From Heteronotia binoei (taxonomy: Eukaryota), in the NCBI RefSeq assembly GCF_032191835.1, contig NC_083223.1, forward strand, positions 140,554,001 to 140,618,000: a DNA stretch of 64,000 nt, read 5' to 3'. The translations under genes were made by a program, and so were the position numbers. The notes below the pieces were generated by a model. It saw only the letters and a list, made by a program, of their open reading frames with translations. It was not told where the DNA came from and made no database searches. Of this stretch, positions 12,116 through 46,187 are shown in pieces (position 1 is the stretch's first letter; every line of letters starts with the position of its first letter).

Positions 12116-14577
12116 ATATAATGAAATCAGACTAGCCAGGACTATCTAAATCAGGATGTTACATTTACAGGAATTGAATGGCTTTAAAATTTTATATTGG
12201 AATTTTAAAATGATGTGTTAGAGCAATTTAAAGAATAAGTTGAGTACAAGTGTACGCAACTCATTCAGAACTGAATCAGCAATCCTTTATCAAACACAAG
12301 ATGAAGAATATCTTTCCAAGGTTATGAATAGGGCACAACGGGTTTTATAAAGTAGTAGTAGTAGTAGTATTATAGAATTGAACTGAAGAACCAGCAATTT
12401 ATCATAAGCACTGTAACTCCCAAAGATTTTAACCAATGTATTCCTGGAACAGGAATCATTGTACTCATTTATGTGATTTCATTAAAATATATCCCATTTC
12501 CCCCACTCCCGAAAAATGCTCCGTAGCTAATAACAGAATACGTAATTATTTAAAACATTTGTAACCAGGTTCTTTAAAGGTAAGAATCAAACTTAATTGT
12601 GTTTGGAAATAAATTATCAGACAGTGAAGTTTCTGCTTTGCGGTCAATAACTTTGCACCTGCATTCTAAATTAACTTAAGTATCCAAAAAGTCTTCAAGG
12701 TAGTTGCAAACAAAGTGTGCTGAGCTAAACTCTATGAGAAGAAAACAGCATGAGAATAAGCCATAACAGAGCACAAATCTGCTCAAAACAAAAGAAAACA
12801 CAGATTTCTTTACTTGATATTAAAATTCTATTGACAAAGAGCCATATGGATCTCTCTGAATAAGGCATTCCAAATGAATTCTATATATGTTTACACTGAG
12901 AGTCACTTAGTAAGGTTGCTGGTGCCTAGAAAAAAATGTGCTCTCCTTTTAATAGGATGTTAGTAGGTGATGTTAGTTACCTCCATTTCATTAAATTTTC
13001 AGCTGCCCATTTCCATACATTAAGCCTCTATTCTCCAGGCCTATTGGCAACCCTATTCACAAGGAAATATGCACGGGACTCAAGACTTAAATTATTTTTA
13101 TTGCCAGAGAAATCCCTTTCTATCTCATGAAATGGCCATTGTGCTGACACCCCTCTGGACAACACTTTATTTTCCTTAGGAACCAGGATGATGGTCATAA
13201 ATGTTATTTTTTTGTGCACAATTGAAACTAATTAGATTTGACCCAGGGTAAAGCATGCAAACAAGGGCTTCAAGAAGACCTTGATTTCAAGCATGCAATT
13301 CACACTTTCCATACAGGCCTTTGAATCTCTCCAGCTATTGGTGTTCATGTTTGAAAGAAATTAAATTTTTAATGCACTTTATTTTTTTAATCAGTTGATA
13401 GCTGTGGAAGGAAATGGATTTCAGACTACATTTCATTCTTGCATTTGTGTCATCTCTGACATCCATTCTATTTACAGAACATTATTAATCTCTTTTTTCA
13501 TAAAATTGTGCATTTGAAAATGGCTTTTTAAAATTTACAAAAATGGGAGGTACCTCAGTTTCACATAAACAAATTCTTTCCTCCCCTTTCTCTACTGTTT
13601 GGGTAAAGAAGCATGGTTGAAGAAAAGCCTTTCAGTTTTACCAGCTTTTTAAATCTTCAATTGCATGTTCTGAGGAAGGTATTCCCCCTTCCCCATGTTT
13701 CCTCCTTGAAGGGACTTGTATGTGCACCAGTTCACCCCGCTACTCATATTTTTATAAAAGAAACTGACAAGGCTTTCCCCAACTTTGTCAGTTTACCCAG
13801 AGAGCAAAAGCTGGGAGAGGGATTATTGAAGGAAAGGCCAGGCAGGCAGGCTAGAAATTTACCTATGACATTGCATCTCAGTTTAATTGCATGACACTTT
13901 TTGGCAATATCTGGGGTAAGTAGACAAAATTTATTTATTTTTTTATTTTATTTGTATCCCACCCTCCCTGCCAAAGCAGGCTCAGGGCGACTCATAACAT
14001 AAAAACATTAAAAATAGTTAAAACAATACACATTATAAATCATACATTCTATAAATTATTCATTTTATTCAAAATGTCTTCTCCCACAATGGATGGTCAC
14101 AATGTTATGATATGTAAGGGGGAGGGGGAGTACATCTTGTGAACACTAGTAATGCATATTATTTGAAGTGGGGGAAGATAATTTAAGCAATTAAAATTAA
14201 TATGATTTGGGTCTTAGTATGGGGGGGGGGGAACTATTTGCAGTGTTGCCTCCAGCATGCTGAGAGGAATAAAAAGATAAACTAGGTCATCACTAGATGG
14301 CAGGTGTGCTACAATATAGACAGGACAAGAATTGTGGAATTGACCTAGAGGGGAAAAAATCAGTTCTTAGAATAGCTGGCAGAAAACTCCCCCCCCCCAT
14401 GTTGTAAACTTAGGTTTGAATCCTAAGAACAGATTCCTGGGAGTAAGCCCTATTGACTAAAATGGGACTTCCAAGTAGACCTGCGTAGGATTGCTTCTTC
14501 AGTGACAAAAAGGCCTCATTTAGGTTGCAAACAATAGCTCAAGTGATGAGGTATATAACATAGTTTTGGAGAAAGGA

Positions 14578-14860
14578 AGAAGAAGAAGAGCCGATGTTGG
14601 ATTTATATCCCGCCCTCCACTCCGAAGAGTCTCAGAGCGGCTCACAATCTCCTTTACCTTCCTCCCCCACAACAGACACCCTGTAAGGTGGGTGGGGCTG
14701 GAGAGGGCTCTCACAACAGCTGCCCTTTCAAGGACAACCTCTGCCAGAGCTATGGCTGACCCAAGGCCATGCTAGCAGGTGCAAGTGGAGGAGTGGGGAA
14801 TCAAACCCAGTTCTCCCAGATAAGAATCCGCACACTTAACCACTACACCAGACTGGCTCT
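14578..14860 (-). mobile_element. Squam3-like SINE
   Basis: tRNA-like head (tggtgtagtggttaag...ggtttgattccc) plus L2-type tail; several near-identical copies in the window. Confidence 0.85.
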
Positions 14861-15734
14861 GGCAAATAGGCCTGGCAAAAAAAGTTCTGTCTCTAATAAA
14901 ATCTTCATGTATGAAGTAGGTAGCTATAGCTTTTCATTGCTTGGAGGCTAATGACATTACTTGGTAAATAACATTCCACTAAGCCTCCATTAAAAGGATA
15001 CAGCATTATTATAGTTTGCTGTTATGTTTTCTGGTGCCTGTGTGATTGGGAAAGACTTCAAATCTGCAGTGGTCCCCTGCTCATCTACCATATCAGACCC
15101 CCGAAGAGACTAACGTATATTTAGCTGCCCTCGCTGAGGCAGGAGGCGATAGGCTGGCATCGCCATAAGAGGGTGATAATCCTAACTCTAATGTAGAATC
15201 ACACATCATTTTAGACTGCTCTGCTTTATGTGCCCTGGCTATTTAATTATATTAGCTGGTTTTTAATTAGCATGTTTACTTATTGATCTGTTTTTATTTA
15301 TTTTGCTGCATTGACTGTTTTATTGACTAATTTTATTATGTGATTTGTTTTGCTTAATTGCTTTATTGCTTATTGATTTATTGGTTTGTTTTATTGTTGC
15401 AGGTGGGTAGCTGTGTTGGTCTGAAGCAGCAGAATAAAGTTTGAGTCCAGTGGCACCTTTAAGATCAAAAAAGTTCAATTTTGGGTGTAAGCTTTCCTGT
15501 GCAGGCACACTTCTTCAGATACACTGAAACAAGCCTTCCTCACCCATTACATATAGGTAGAGAGGGTGGAGGAAGAGGTTAACGGTCAGGAAGGGCTAAC
15601 TAGGGTCAAGATAACTAAGTAACTAATCCGTAAGTACATAAATACAGCTAAGATTGGGTTTTAAAAGTTGATAAGGCCGATGAATAACAGCAAATTAGTA
15701 TACAGATAAAAACAGAATTAACAAACAGATGTGA

Positions 15735-16700
15735 GAACTAAGTTTGAGTTGGGAGTGAGCAGTGAAGTGGCCAAGTTTGCGGATGACACTAAATTGTTCA
15801 GGGTGGTGAGAACCAGAGAGGATTGTGAGGAACTCCAAAGGGATCTGTTGAGGCTGGGTGAGTGGGCGTCAACGTGGCAGATGCGGTTCAATGTGGCCAA
15901 GTGCAAAGTAATGCACATTGGGGCCAAGAATCCCATCTACAAATACAAGTTGATGGGGTGTGAACTGGCAGAGACTGACCAAGAGAGAGATCTTGGGGTC
16001 GTGGTAGATAACTCACTGAAAATGTCAAGACAGTGTGTGTTTGCAATAAAAAAGGCCAACGCTATGCTGGGAATTATTAGGAAGGGAATTGAAAACAAAT
16101 CAGCCAGTATCATAATACCCCTGTATAAATCGATGGTGCGGTCTCATTTGGAGTACTGTGTGCAGTTCTGGTCGCCGCACCTCAAAAAGGATATTATAGC
16201 ATTGGAGAAAGTCCAGAGAAGGGCAACTAGAATGATTAAAGGGCTGGAGCACTTTCCCTATGAAGAAAGGTTGAAACGCTTGGGACTCTTTAACTTGGAG
16301 AAACGTCGACTGCGGGGTGACATGATAGAGGTTTACAAGATAATGCATGGGATGGAGAAAGCAGAGAAAGAAGTACTTTTCTCCCTTTCTCACAATACAA
16401 GAACTCGTGGGCATTCAATGAAATTGCTGAGCAGACAGGTTAAAACGGATAAAAGGAAGTACTTCTTCACCCAAAGGGTGATTAATATGTGGAATTCACT
16501 GCCACAGGAGGTGGTGGCGGCCACAAGTATAGCCACCTTCAAGAGGGGTTTAGATAAAAATATGGAGCACAGGTCCATCAGTGGCTATTAGCCACAGTGT
16601 GTGTGTATATATAAAAAAAATTTTGCCACTGTGTGACACAGAGTGTTGGACTGGATGGGCCGTTGGCCTGATCCAACATGGCTTCTCTTATGTTCTTATG
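15735..16700 (+). mobile_element. CR1 LINE 3' part, young, inserted in the Penelope terminal region
   Basis: Stop-free 286-aa ORF ([29 protein letters not shown]) and ttcttatg tail. Confidence 0.93.
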
Positions 16701-17245
16701 AGTTCAGTGGCACCTTTAAGACTAACAAAGTTTAATTCTGGGCATAAGCAAGAACTGGGTGATTTAGCATGTATAGTGAGATAAAAATACAATATCGCTG
16801 TTTAATCCTGGGTGTTCAATTGTCCTTACAGTTGTAATAATTCAGCAGTCTCCCATTCCAGTATGTTTCTGGAATTCCTTTGCAATAAAACAAGTACTTT
16901 GAGGTCCCCCATTGAATGCCCTGGGAGGCTGAAGCGCTCTACAGGTTTCTCAGTTTTGGATTACTGATGCCATATTTGTGTCCATTTATCTTTTGGCATA
17001 GGGTTTGAACTGTTTGCCCAATGTAGAGAACCGAATGACATTGTGTCATCAATAATAACAACAACAAAACAACAGCAATAATAATAATAATGCAACTTGA
17101 TGAATCGCCCCATTCCGGCCAAAGCCGGACTCTAGGCAATGTACAACAATAAAAAATACAATAATAATTAAAACCAGTTATTAAAAACAGGTTACAAACC
17201 CGATGATGTCTGTTATGAACTGCTTTCAATTCCTGTTTTCTAGCC

Positions 17246-17960
17246 CAGGGCTGGCTCACCCACTACATCAACTTGGACACCGGGAGGGGGGCACAAAATT
17301 GGGCTCCCCCCCTCCCAGTACCCCAGACAAACACCTAATTCGCCCCCTGGCACGCTGAGAGGAGCAACACCAACCTCCCCTTACCTGCTTCGATGTGGGC
17401 ATCTTCATAAAGCATTCTCTTAAGAGAGTGCAGGATGCGATGACGCTTTGCTCTCCCCTCCAGGAGGGAGAAGCCTCGTCGCACCATGCTCTCTCTTAAG
17501 AGAATGCTTTATGGAAAAGCGCACATCGAAGTGGGTAAGGCGAGGCTGGCGTCGCTCCTTTCAGCACACCGGAGGGGGGGGGGAGACAGAATGTGGCCTG
17601 CCCACCACCCACCCAGGCACACTGAGAAGAGCGTGCCAGCCTCTCCTTACCTGGGCATTTCTGTAAAGTATTCTCTCAAGAGGGCGTGCGGTGTGACAAG
17701 GCTCATCATACTCTCGCTTAAGAGAATGCTTTAAGGAAATACCCGGGTCAAAGCGGCTTGGGTAAGGGGAGGCTAGTGTGCTCCTCTCAGTGCACCTGAG
17801 GGCAGGGACTGGAGTGCAGCACCGCAATGCAGTGCCGCAAATAACACAAAGGAGGGTGTGTGGTGTAGGTGAGTGGGCAGAGGGGGGGCTGGCCGCCGTG
17901 GAGCAACTTTGGCACGCGGGGCACTCTGTTCCATACACTGCATCAGGGCAGTGAGCCCTC
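17246..17960. mobile_element. Probable hAT/Tip100-type non-autonomous element with internal hairpins, inserted in an L2 3' fragment
   Basis: Starts CAGGGCTGGCTC; L2-like sequence on both sides (about 17050-17245 and 17990-18118). The right TIR is not resolved. Confidence 0.5.
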
Positions 17961-20080
17961 TTGTGAGGGAGAGGGATGCCAGCCAGGCAACCTTTGCTGT
18001 CCTCAAACAAAAGCCTGGTAGATCATCTCTGCCTTGCAGGCCATGCATAACTGTAGAAGTTCTCACAGGGCCTTAGTGCCTTCCAGCAGAGTGTTCCACC
18101 AGGTCAGGGCCAGGACTGCCTAATACAATGTTAGAAGATTAGCAAGTGTATGAGCCTGAGATGGTGTAGTTTGATGTTGTTAGCTGCAGTGATGATGTTA
18201 TTGGGTTGTATGCAGTAGCAAAGTTGGCATCTGGGTTTGCTGCAAGCTCTGCTACCATTGTCCATGTTTAAAGCAGATGTTGTATTATTGCGGGTGAGGA
18301 GTTGTTTAAGACTGGGGACAGAGCTATCTATGTGAAATAAAAGGTTTGCTTCCCAGTACAAGAGAACTGTCATTATCCAGTAAAAGTTGTAAGTTGCTGA
18401 TAATGCGTTTCACTGTTTTGAACTGAGAACTGTATGTGACCATTAGTAGTGTTCTGTTATCATCTCTTTGGGGCCTGTCTTGCAACAGGTTTTCTCTTGA
18501 GTACCATTCTGGCTTTGTTAATCTGTTTGTTATTTCATCAGGTGGATATTTTAGTTCCAAAAGGCTTGTTGTAGATCCCTCAGGTGAGAATCTCTGTCTC
18601 TAGGATTGGAGCAGATGCAGATGTAAGACTAGAGCAAATGCAGCTGTAATACAGAGCCTGTATACAATGGATTGTTTGGTATGTTTAGGTTGGCAGCTGA
18701 AGGCATGTATATATTTATGTTAGTCAGTAGGTTTCTGGTGTAAGGTGGTGTCTATACATCTGTTGCGTATTTTTACAATAGTGTCCAGAAAATGTATTAC
18801 TTGCATAGTTTGGTTCATTGTCAGGTTGATGCTGGAATGAACGTTATTGAATGCCTGGTGAATTATGTCCAGGGCTTCTTTACCATGTGCTCAGACAATA
18901 AAGATTTCTGGTATAAAAGGGGTGTGAATGGGCAGGAGAAAAAAAAGGTGCTGGAGCTCATTAGCACAACTCATTAGCACATGCCACACAATCCTGACAT
19001 AACCAGTAGGTGTACTAAATTATATCAGTTTAGCATCTACCTTAAAATGCTTCTTGAATTATCATTGTCATCATAAAACCTAACTCCCATCATACTTTTA
19101 AAATTACTTTCTGCTATGTAGTCACAGTGGCATTATGATTTTCATCTGTCTGCTTTATATGTTTTGGCTATTTTTGTATTTTTTGTGGGGGGAAATATTA
19201 GTTTGTCAAATCTGAGAGCTCAGCAAAATTCTCACAGAGGGTTTGAAAAACAGAGCCCAGAAGTAAGTATGCGGGGGTGGGGGGAAGGTAAGAAATAAAG
19301 AGCTCAATAAATTTAGAGGTTCTGGAGCTCCGGTCCTGTGAGCTCCTGCCCAAAATGAGGCCTGGGCAGGAGTTTAGGAAGTGTTGGTCCAAGTCAGCCA
19401 TAAAGATGTTAGCATAATGTGGGGACATGCAGGTGCCTATGGCTGCACCGCTGATCTGAAGAAACAAGTTGTCACCAAATTTGAAGTGGTTATGGGAAAA
19501 AACAAAATGGCACAGTTTGGCAGGAAAGTCAGTTGTGGTGTTCATGTTCCTTTGCATAGGATGTTGGTATACAGACATTCCACATCCATGATGGTGGCTA
19601 AAATAGTATTCTCTGGAAGGCTGTTCAAATATTGTATTTTCTTCAAAAAGTCTGTGGTGTCATGCATGTAACTAGGAACACTGATGGCTCAAATTCCCCC
19701 ATGGTGATTGTACCTGAGACAAAGGAGCATCCTGGATTGCCAGGTTTTTGTATTTTTAATAGAAGATAAAAGGTACCTGGTCAAGGTTCCTGTATATGTC
19801 TGAAAGGATTTGTTCCTGAATGTGCAGGGGTAATTCCTTTATAATCTTTAGTTCTTTTTTTGTATTCTTGTGTGAGGTCTGAGTCCATTTGTTTGTGAAA
19901 AGCAGTATTTGAGAGTTTTCTTTGAGCCCCCTGGATGTCGTCTGATCTATTTATGATAACAGCTCCATTTTTGTCTGCCTCTTTAATTATAATATCTGGA
20001 TTGTTTCTGAGACTATGGCCTTCCTTTCAACATGGTTGAGATTCTGTTGTACATGATGGTGTTTGTTGATCACATTGCTG

Positions 20081-20826
20081 CAGGCTCAGTGCTGGGGTTT
20101 CTGCTGCCCCCGGCAGAACCCTGCACTGGCGCCCCCCTCCCGTATCATATTGTGCGGAAGAACCCGGAATTGACGTCATCACGACAGCACGCATCGCACC
20201 TCTGCCCAGCATCCCTGTCCTGCTTTGGAGGGAGCTGATCAGGGGCCGTAGAGGGCGTTGTTTTTTTGTTCTGAGCAATCAGAGAAAAAAAAAAAAAACG
20301 CTCACCACGGCCCTTGCTCAGCTCCCTCCAAAGCGGAACAGGGTGGCTGGGCAGCAGCCGTCTATGTGCTTCTTTCTGCATTCCAAATCAGAACGCAGAA
20401 TAAAGCACATGGGCAGCCGCTGCCCATCCAGCTCCCTCTGAAGAGGCAGAGGGTTGGGCTGCCTGCCCATCGCCAGCCCTCTCCCCCCCCCTTCAGAAGG
20501 AGCTGATTGGACAGCAGCTGCCGTGTGCTTTTTCCTACATTCTGATTCAGAATGCAGGAATAAGCGCACGGGTGACTGCTGCCCAGCCACCCCTCACCCA
20601 GCCCTTTGTCTCTTCAGAGAGAGCTGGCTGCGTAGTGGCCACTAGCATGCTTTTTCTTGTATTCAGAACACAGGAAGAAGCACGCAGGTGGCCACTGCCC
20701 AGACAGCTCACTCTGAAGCGAGCTCCCTTGGCACTGAGCAGGGAATGGGGCGCCTGCCCCCACTCCCATAGCAAGGTGGCACCCCAGGTGATTGCCTACC
20801 TCGCCAATTCCCATGCGCCGGCTCTG
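20081..20826. mobile_element. hAT (Tip100-like TIR) MITE built from stacked hairpins
   Basis: 8-bp TSD cattgctg (20073-20080 and 20827-20834); degenerate TIRs caggctcagtgc / cagagccggcgc. Confidence 0.85.
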
Positions 20827-21051
20827 CATTGCTGAAAGGATTTGATACAGAGATCCAGTGTGGCATTGCAACCAACAGAAGGGGTCCATATGGAGTCTAT
20901 TTTTTGTAGCACTGTTTTGATGGCAGTTTATGGTTAGTATCTTGTTCATTGCTGGGTTGGAGGGATGGTAGCTGTTATCCAGTAGATTGTGTGATGGTTT
21001 GTTAAGGAGATGCTGCCTGTTCTTTCTTGCTGTTTTTGCCTATGTTGAAAG

Positions 21052-21515
21052 TAGGGTTGCCAATTCCCCGTTGGGGGCAGGAGATCCCCTGGTTTGAGGC
21101 CCTCCCCCCGGTTTTAGGTTATCAGAAAGCGGGGAGGGGGGAAAATTGAATGTCCGCTAGAGACCAGTCCCTTGGGGTATAATGGAGAATCAATCTGTGG
21201 GTATCTGTGACTCTCAGGGGGCTGTTTTTTGAGGTAGAGGCGCCAAATTTCCAGCATAGCATCTGGTGCCTCTTCTCAGAAACTCCCCAAGTTTCAAAAA
21301 GATTGAGCTTGGAAGTCCAATTCTTTGAGCCCTAAAAGAAGCTGTCCCCATCCTCTATTATTTCCAATGAAGGGAAGGTATTGAAAAGGCACATGATCCC
21401 TTTAAATGTGATGGCCAGAACTCCCTTCAAAGTTCAGTTGCACTTGTCATAACCTTGCTCCTGACTCCATCCCCAAAGTCCCCAGATATTTCCTGAGTCA
21501 GATCTGGCAGCCCTA
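21052..21515. mobile_element. hAT-type (TAGGGTTGCCA TIR) non-autonomous DNA transposon
   Basis: TAGGGTTGCCA ... TGGCAGCCCTA termini; no clear TSD. Confidence 0.7.
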
Positions 21516-21584
21516 AAAGTACTCTTTCAGGTATAGACAGCAGGAAAAGGCTCCCAGGTCCCTGCAGTTCTCTACATAGGGCAA

Positions 21585-21900
21585 AGAGGATAAATGGACA
21601 CAAATCTGACATCAATAATCAAAAACTGAGAAACCTGTAGGAGAACATTTCAGCCTCCCAGGGCACTCAATGAGGCACCTCAAATTAGCCGTTTTATTGC
21701 AAAGGAATTTCAGAAACAGACTGGACAGGAGATTGTGATGGCTGAGGAAGACTCGTTTCAATGTATCTGAAAAAGCATGCTTGCACATGACAGCACCTAA
21801 AATTAAACTTTTGTTGGTCTTAAAGGTGCCACTGCACTCAAACTTTGTTCTGCTGCTCCAGACCAACATGGCTACCCACCTGAACATATCAAAATTAGTA
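21585..21900 (+). mobile_element. Penelope-like GIY-YIG 3' fragment, inverted relative to the 15.4-21 kb copy
   Basis: aatggacacaaatctgacatc...cccagggcactcaatg is the reverse complement of 16830-16990 and is followed by the terminal repeat. Confidence 0.8.
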
Positions 21901-22799
21901 ATCTTTTCTGCAGGATTTATCAAGGTTTCGCAGGGCCTGTAAGACTGAGTTCTTCCACCAGGCTTTTAATTAATCCAGCGGGCATCCTTGAAAGTCATCA
22001 CTTTCCCCAGCACTTCACCATTATGGTGTTATGTTATGCTGTTAACCATCAGCCACATGCTGTTTACTGTATATGTCTGTAAGACTGTTTACTGTGCTGC
22101 TCCTGTTTTATATTATTTTAACTCTGTTGTTTTATTGCTGTAAGCCGCCCTGAGCCCACTTGTGGGATATAAATCTAAAAATTAATTAATTAATCAAATT
22201 AAAATTAAATTAATTAGATTGAGCCCCCTTTCAAATTGCCTTCAGTTCTGTGAAAAGGTTACTGTATGCCACAGCATGCGGTTTGAACAGTCAATGTCTC
22301 TTGGACAGACCTTGTGAGTCAGGGATATCAGTTCTTGAAATTAAAAATGCCACTTTCTAGGTGGTACCAGAGAATGCAGCTTTTGAATAAAGAGTGGTGG
22401 TCCAGAGCTAGTATTGTGGTGCCCACAGCAAAATGTAATAGGTTTTGATAGGCCTAGGGTGGAAGTCAGCAGAAAATCTATCTTGTTATCTAAGGAATTC
22501 AACTGAAAAAACTAAAGCTAATGGCCAAGGCAAATAAAAAACGGCCTTGCACTTGTTTTTCTTGGAACTGGCTCCAAACCAACCAGCATCCAAGTCAATT
22601 CACTTTCTGGTTGGCTGACAACTTTGTTGTAATGATAACAAGGGAAATCACCACTCGTATGCCTTCTCGTGTTCCTTGGAAGAAGGCCAAGCAGTAATGT
22701 AATACATAGCAATCATTCATGCATGCACGTGCCTTTAGCGTCGAGACTTCCTACGAGTACTGCAAATATGCATTCAGGAAAGATCAAATTCAAAGACGT

Positions 22800-23090
22800 T
22801 TAGAATTAGTCTGAGGCCAAGGCTCACCTCCACAACTCAACCTCCACTCCTGAGAAGCAAAAACAACGCCCACCCTTCCCTCGCTCGCCACGTGACCGCA
22901 GACGCCCCTCCGCTGAGGCCTTGGTGACGTAGTGCAGGAGCGGGAGGGAGTTTTCTCGGATAGCCAATAGGACGGCGAGGGCCTGGCACCGGCCGTGAGA
23001 CTAAGGAAAGTATCAGGCGGCGTTTGAGTTTCGGAGAGGCCGAAGCGTGCCGTGGTCGCCACCGAACTGGAAGTAGCTGTCGGAGTCATC
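22800..23090 (+). promoter_or_regulatory. ACAT2: ACAT2 CpG-island promoter
   Basis: CpG-rich region directly before the ATG at 23091; E-box CACGTG 22889-22894, TGACGT 22925-22930, CCAAT 22964-22968. Confidence 0.75.
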
Positions 23091-45508
<22,418 letters not shown>

Positions 45509-46187
45509 CAAACCTTTCCTTATTTCTGAACTAATGTATATCATGCCTTGAATTCACTTAAAGTTGTTTTTCATTCCATTTTAACATTACTGTACACATT
45601 TACATTGCCTGCACCTGTCATTTTAAAAAAGTATAATAGGACCAGCTTAAGCCTTAGCAGCAGAATTTTCCCTACAGGGTATACTCTCCCCCCTTTTTCC
45701 CACAGCAGGTATATAGAGCTTAACTGTAATGGGATTGAGATGGTTTGTATTGCTATGAAGAGTCCATAAATGTTGACTTACTAAAGCAACAAATCCGTGT
45801 CTTCAGTCACTACTCACCCCCTTCCGTAGTACAGGCAAATAATTAACAGGCTTTTTCATTGCTGCACAGCACGCAGGAAAACAGTAGTTCTCATCTGTGT
45901 GCACTAAGAGCTGCATGACCTCACACCCTCCCCCTTCAATTTCCTGCCATACATAAACTGAGGGAGAGGTCTACTTTCTGATGGTTCAAGCATTCATCTT
46001 CCCCCAGTTGTAAGCGTTACGATGTACTACAGCACTGACAAATACAAAATCTGGGATTCATTTCATTTATTCAGTAGTTAACCACCTCCTGTGAGGGGAC
46101 AGGATTTTAACAGATTCTTTTATTAACATACCAGTAAATACAGAACTACAAAGAATTGTACAGAAACAAAATTAAATAAAAATGCAT

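Larger units (their letters stand above)
15400..21000 (-). mobile_element. Fragmented Penelope-like retroelement (RT + GIY-YIG) with nested insertions
   Basis: RT piece FSHNHFKFG...GTCMSPHYANIFM (19578-19365), CSKPRCQLC (about 18250), LYIGQTVQTLCQKINGHK (about 17040-16970), and terminal repeat gagtccagtggcacctttaag near 15440 and 16700. Confidence 0.85.

Noticed and set aside
14415-14495. Short imperfect palindromes (gggagtaagcccyattga...) also near 5190, 30270, 42500, 43800, 54815 and 60290
   Set aside because: A common old squamate palindromic repeat; boundaries too decayed to annotate and no locus-specific signal.
20213-20700. Repeat-spacer-like hairpin array resembling CRISPR
   Set aside because: Units are diverged inverted repeats inside a TSD-bounded eukaryotic MITE; no identical direct repeats and no cas genes.
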